Assembly (NCBI GenBank): GCA_030141605.1 | Contig: JAQGDQ010000393.1 | Span: 154,148 to 218,147 of the forward strand | Direction of reading: 5' to 3' | DNA length: 64,000 bases | From: Tubiluchus corallicola | Lineage: Eukaryota > Animalia > Priapulida | Part shown: one piece after another, positions 60,801 to 64,000 of the stretch | Position numbering within the stretch: the first letter of the stretch is position 1 | Layout: every line of letters begins with the position of its first letter | Made by a program: the position numbers and the translations under genes | The notes under the pieces: model-generated | The model's input: only the letters and a program-made list of their open reading frames with translations | The model's database searches: none | Told to the model about the DNA's origin: nothing

Positions 60801-63761
60801 TTGCCCGGTGAAACTATTTACCTCAATTGTGTCACCTAAATTACCTGATTATCTTTACGAGGACACTACACTGTTATTCCCTAGGCTATATCTTATTAAA
60901 TTATCATTTTCATGGTATATCTTGATTCTACGTCTAATCAAATCCTAATTGGCAATTTGCCATTGATTTTTTTGCATTACGTAACCGTGACTATGTAAAA
61001 TGGCAGTTCTGAACATAATAACATATTTTTTATTTTTTAGTATTTAGGCTGTACACAGGTGGACTCTCCTAAAGGTATTGAAGTTGTCCGTGATGCAGTT
61101 ACAAGACTTAAGGTACTTTTATAGCTGAATAGTTTATTCAAATTACTGTAAATTTCTCAATTGACTAGCCTGTGTGTTCATTGCCTAGTGATTTTAGAGA
61201 AAGTCTGTTAAATAATATACGTCATTATTTTTGTATACCTAGTAGCAGTTATAAAAACTTCTATGGCTGTACTTTACTAAATTGTAAACTAGTTTTGAAC
61301 TTAGTCTGCATAATCTTTATTCTTCCTACTATACACTTTAAAGTCGTGGTTGTTGGTTAATCTACATCACCACCATGAGGCTTGCCAACTATGTCCCTTG
61401 GTTGTTTACTACGTTTTGGTATCCTTAGCCATTCATCGTTTACGTTTGGATTGCGAAATACAAACAATGCCATAATACAAGGCATTTTAAAAACAAAACA
61501 GCGTGTATATAGGTGTTGTTTTCAACAATGATTATTTCTCGTCACTGCTGATTTGGAAATGTTTAAAAAATTTCTGGAAAGTTCTGTCAAAATAAACTCC
61601 TTGTGTTTACTAAACGGCATAGCAAAACTCTGTGAATGTGATTTTACAAATTTTTGGAAGTTATGAATTACATTTTACTTGGCATAGGAGCAAAGACAGT
61701 GCACTGTGAATTCACCAAGGAAAAAGGGCATTACAAAGAAGGTAGTTCATTGCAAGCCTTCCTAAATCATTAATCTCTTAAACGTAACAATTACTGTAGG
61801 TGGGCTCCGGATTAGCATGCTCGTTTTGAATAATTTGAACTTTCGATAACTTTGTGATTTTTCCCTGTGTCGTTAATAAAGTTAATCTAATAATCTTTTT
61901 TATTTATCTGGCAACACATGCACAGTTATAATACAATTAATTAAGAAAGGGCAGCGAAAGACCCATTGGTCATCTAGTCAGCTGCCCTTTGGTTAGTCAT
62001 GAGCATTTTTATAAGCGCAATGCTACAGTGTATTAGTGTTAGTACTGCTTATAATAAAGATTTAATTGTTACGAATGACATTAAATTGATATGCTTATAA
62101 AGTGTTAATACAATTCATACACAGTAATAATAAGTGCATAATAAAAAGAATCAAACAAGAACTGAAAATAAAAATCTGACAACGGAAACATAAGAAAAAT
62201 GGCAACTGAAATATACTTCATAACACAAGCATAATTCTTAGACAGTCAAAAATAAATTATCATGTAAATAATAGAACTGAGAATCAGGTTTATCTATAAA
62301 TTGGTAATATTTAGTTAGATAGCAGCAGCTAAGTAGAATAATTTGAAACCTTTGTTGGCACTAATTAAGTATTCAGTGAGTTACAAGATTCCAACGGTTT
62401 AAGAATTTTCACTCTGACCTACTTTACTCAGTACTGTAATTACAAAGAGGAATGTTTTGCTTACAGTAGAATGCAGACACCCAGCAAGCTGCTAATTTTT
62501 TTCTAAATTACTACCTTCAGCAGTGTTTTAACTTTCCCTTTCTAGTGGCTGTAAGGGGAGTTTTTTACATGACTGAATAGAAACAGAATATACTGTCTGA
62601 TGATTGCTTTATTATTTCTGCTGCAGAGTAAATTCATTTACAGTTTTTCAGTTTCTCGCAGCAGCGAATAGATTTTTCCGGAGCCTTTTAGAGCGATGTG
62701 AAGTATTTTTTAACACTGAGTAATGACCGCACCCAGCTTTCATTTTTTTACTCTACTTTGCTTGCTAGTTTACATTTTACTAACAGATTTTAGTATTTTG
62801 TAGTTTGGAAATTTGTTTGAATTTTAAACTGTTAAGATTGCCAAGTAATGATTTTTAGTAAGTTCTAAAGAGTTTAATTTAACTCGTGTTGGCGCAACGA
62901 TAATAAGTAATTTGTAATTTTGTCGCTGTGTTTACTACTCTTTATTATTCATTTAGTCTAAATTGTAGCAGTTGATCAAATGCCTTGCCAAAGATTTGGC
63001 ACCAAGTTAGGATCCTTACCAATTGGCATAATTTATACTAGGTGTTATATTCATGAGCCCTTTTCTTACTTGTTTGTCTGTTTGTTCAATAGCTAGTTTG
63101 TACTTTCTTGTACGTTTTAAAATTTATCATTTGACTTCGTTACTAGATTACATAACTATGAAGTAGCTCAGTTAGAGTAATGTAAATACTGCCTTTGTTA
63201 CTCATTGAAGTTCAAGTTCTTTAAACTTTATCTTGCCTGAACTTTAAAGCATCTTTGTTGGTATTATACTGTAACCTACTTTTAGTTTTACTGCATGTAA
63301 CTAAACTCTATTTAACAACATGACACTAGCGTTGTAGTGGTGCTGGTGATAGTAACCTAGTTATCTCACTACATTACAAAGTTTATTACTGCGAGTTAAA
63401 CCCACTGTTACGACGTTGGCATTTTTTGCTATATGAATTATAAACTTGTATTTTGCTTGCTGTACAATTTTCATATTTTTGTAGTTTGTGAACATTATAT
63501 ATATTTTATGTCTACATTTTATATTTTTATTTTAGTGCACGAATGAATAATAGTGGAGTAATAATTAGAATTGATTTCAAACAGCACGATTTCAGACAGA
63601 TATTTTTTCCTCATTTCGAAGACTTTTATTTCTTTTCTTTTATATTGCAGTTTAATAACCAATTGAAAAGAAGCGATTCTACTAGGGGTGATGCCAAACT
63701 ACCAAAAATGGAGTTCACAGTCTCTGTTGACGGTGTTACTATTCAAGATCCAAAAACAAAA
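51088..63761 (+). CDS. GULP1: PTB domain-containing engulfment adaptor (GULP1/CED-6), 5' part; gene continues beyond the window
   Basis: Exons: 51088-51154 (MNVAALWRKDTQSPPTQGATRN, phase-1 GTGAGT donor, acceptor at ~51064), 60402-60466 (TRKWVHPPEVLLRGHIVYLVK), 61041-61112 (YLGCTQVDSPKGIEVVRDAVTRLK), 63651-63761 (FNNQLKRSDSTRGDAKLPKMEFTVSVDGVTIQDPKTK). WxHPP, LGxTxVxxPKGxEVVRDAV and PKxExxxSxDGVxIQDPKTK match the CED-6/GULP1 PTB domain. The first exon is less certain than the PTB exons. Confidence 0.88.
52570..53480 (+). mobile_element. Degenerate CR1/L2-group LINE 3' fragment in a GULP1 intron
   Basis: KFLGIILHENLDWNFHVNMIRLKIAKNIGII, LYNTLVLPYLSY, LHSLQRKFI, HNTR and SGPKL motifs of the RT C-terminal region. 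Frameshifted; ends AATAAACTTATTATTA. Confidence 0.75.
53624..53807. repeat. 92-bp tandem duplication
   Basis: TGTTGTTTAGTCCCCATTCCTATAGTACCTTACAGAC... starts at 53624 and again at 53716. Confidence 0.93.
54549..55256 (-). mobile_element. PIF/Harbinger-derived element with a frameshifted MADF (Myb/SANT-like) ORF
   Basis: Minus strand MSGKKEEEKKVLIEVINVYKTWPALWKIKLPD / frameshift / YSNRDKKAAAY...LNRRLNTFRTNFQNELRKIDRSAKSGAGTED fits the MADF pattern. Flanked by CCATACACG/CGTGTATGG motifs and AAATTTTG repeats, as in Harbinger ends. Confidence 0.7.
56571..56622 (+). CDS. GULP1: Candidate alternative first coding exon of GULP1 (MRQNKLYRNISSEGAKN)
   Basis: ATG-initiated 52-nt segment ending in a phase-1 donor (ACG|GTAATT) compatible with exon 60402. 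It is preceded by a locally CpG-richer, promoter-like stretch (~56290-56570). Confidence 0.55.
57586..57868. repeat. Compound trinucleotide microsatellite (CTG)n/(CTA)n, ~280 bp
   Basis: Directly visible; lies in the large GULP1 intron. Confidence 0.98.
59925..60010 (-). pseudogene. Possible 5S rRNA-derived fragment (pseudogene or SINE3-like head)
   Basis: Minus strand AAGTTAAACAAAGCTAGGCCTGGTTAGTA...GATGACC resembles the 5S internal control region AAGCTAAGCAGGGTCGGGCCTGGTTAGTA...GAGACC. Confidence 0.4.
60283..60372. repeat. 34-bp tandem repeat, ~2.6 copies, just upstream of a GULP1 splice acceptor
   Basis: CCTTCTATTTTAATATCATATAGTTAATCCACTC starts at 60283 and 60317, with a partial copy at 60351. 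Confidence 0.9.
61935..62450 (-). mobile_element. Possible degenerate LINE 3' end with a stem-loop
   Basis: GGGCAGC...GACC/GGTC...GCTGCCC hairpin next to an eroded RT-C-terminal-like stretch (R-W-N-L on the minus strand). Confidence 0.3.
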
Positions 63762-64000
63762 GTATGTCCTCCACAAAACACAGACAATTCCTTTGATTAT
63801 TAAGTTTTTTCAGCAATTTTTAGGAATATTAACTACATTTACAATGGTAGCAAAACAAAGCACAAGTGAAATAGTTTTTATTGTATGTGTAGATAAGCTT
63901 TGTCTTCATTTCTGTGGCTGCCATGTCTTGTGAGTAAATGCAATTTCTGGAAGTCTAAATTTTACACAGCTTCATTCTAACACTTGTTATTTTTATATGT

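Overview
AT-rich, intron-rich animal (invertebrate bilaterian-like) genomic DNA, not prokaryotic. I reconstructed three spliced genes by hand. These are a complete metaxin-2 gene (MTX2, + strand, 8 coding exons, one GC-AG intron), a complete SH3BP5/parcas-like gene (- strand, 7 core exons plus a 66-nt frame-preserving cassette exon), and the 5' part of a GULP1/CED-6 PTB adaptor gene (+ strand, two candidate alternative first coding exons, running off the window). Between them sit two tandem paralogs of the DUF4140+DUF4139 (F37C4.5/MuiA-like) family, each with an intronless CDS. They are nearly identical except for one sharply bounded, unalignable ~50-aa internal loop and their C-terminal tails, while their 3' flanks are old and diverged. 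This looks like a concerted-evolution scaffold carrying a variable loop and is the most interesting system here. The rest is dense with non-autonomous DNA transposons (Kolobok-, piggyBac-, hAT-, Tc1/mariner-, Harbinger-like), LINE and Gypsy fragments, a tRNA-Trp-derived SINE-like element with a UCA anticodon, two long foldback inverted repeats, minisatellites and a compound CTG/CTA microsatellite. Family assignments come from recalled motifs; no searches were run.
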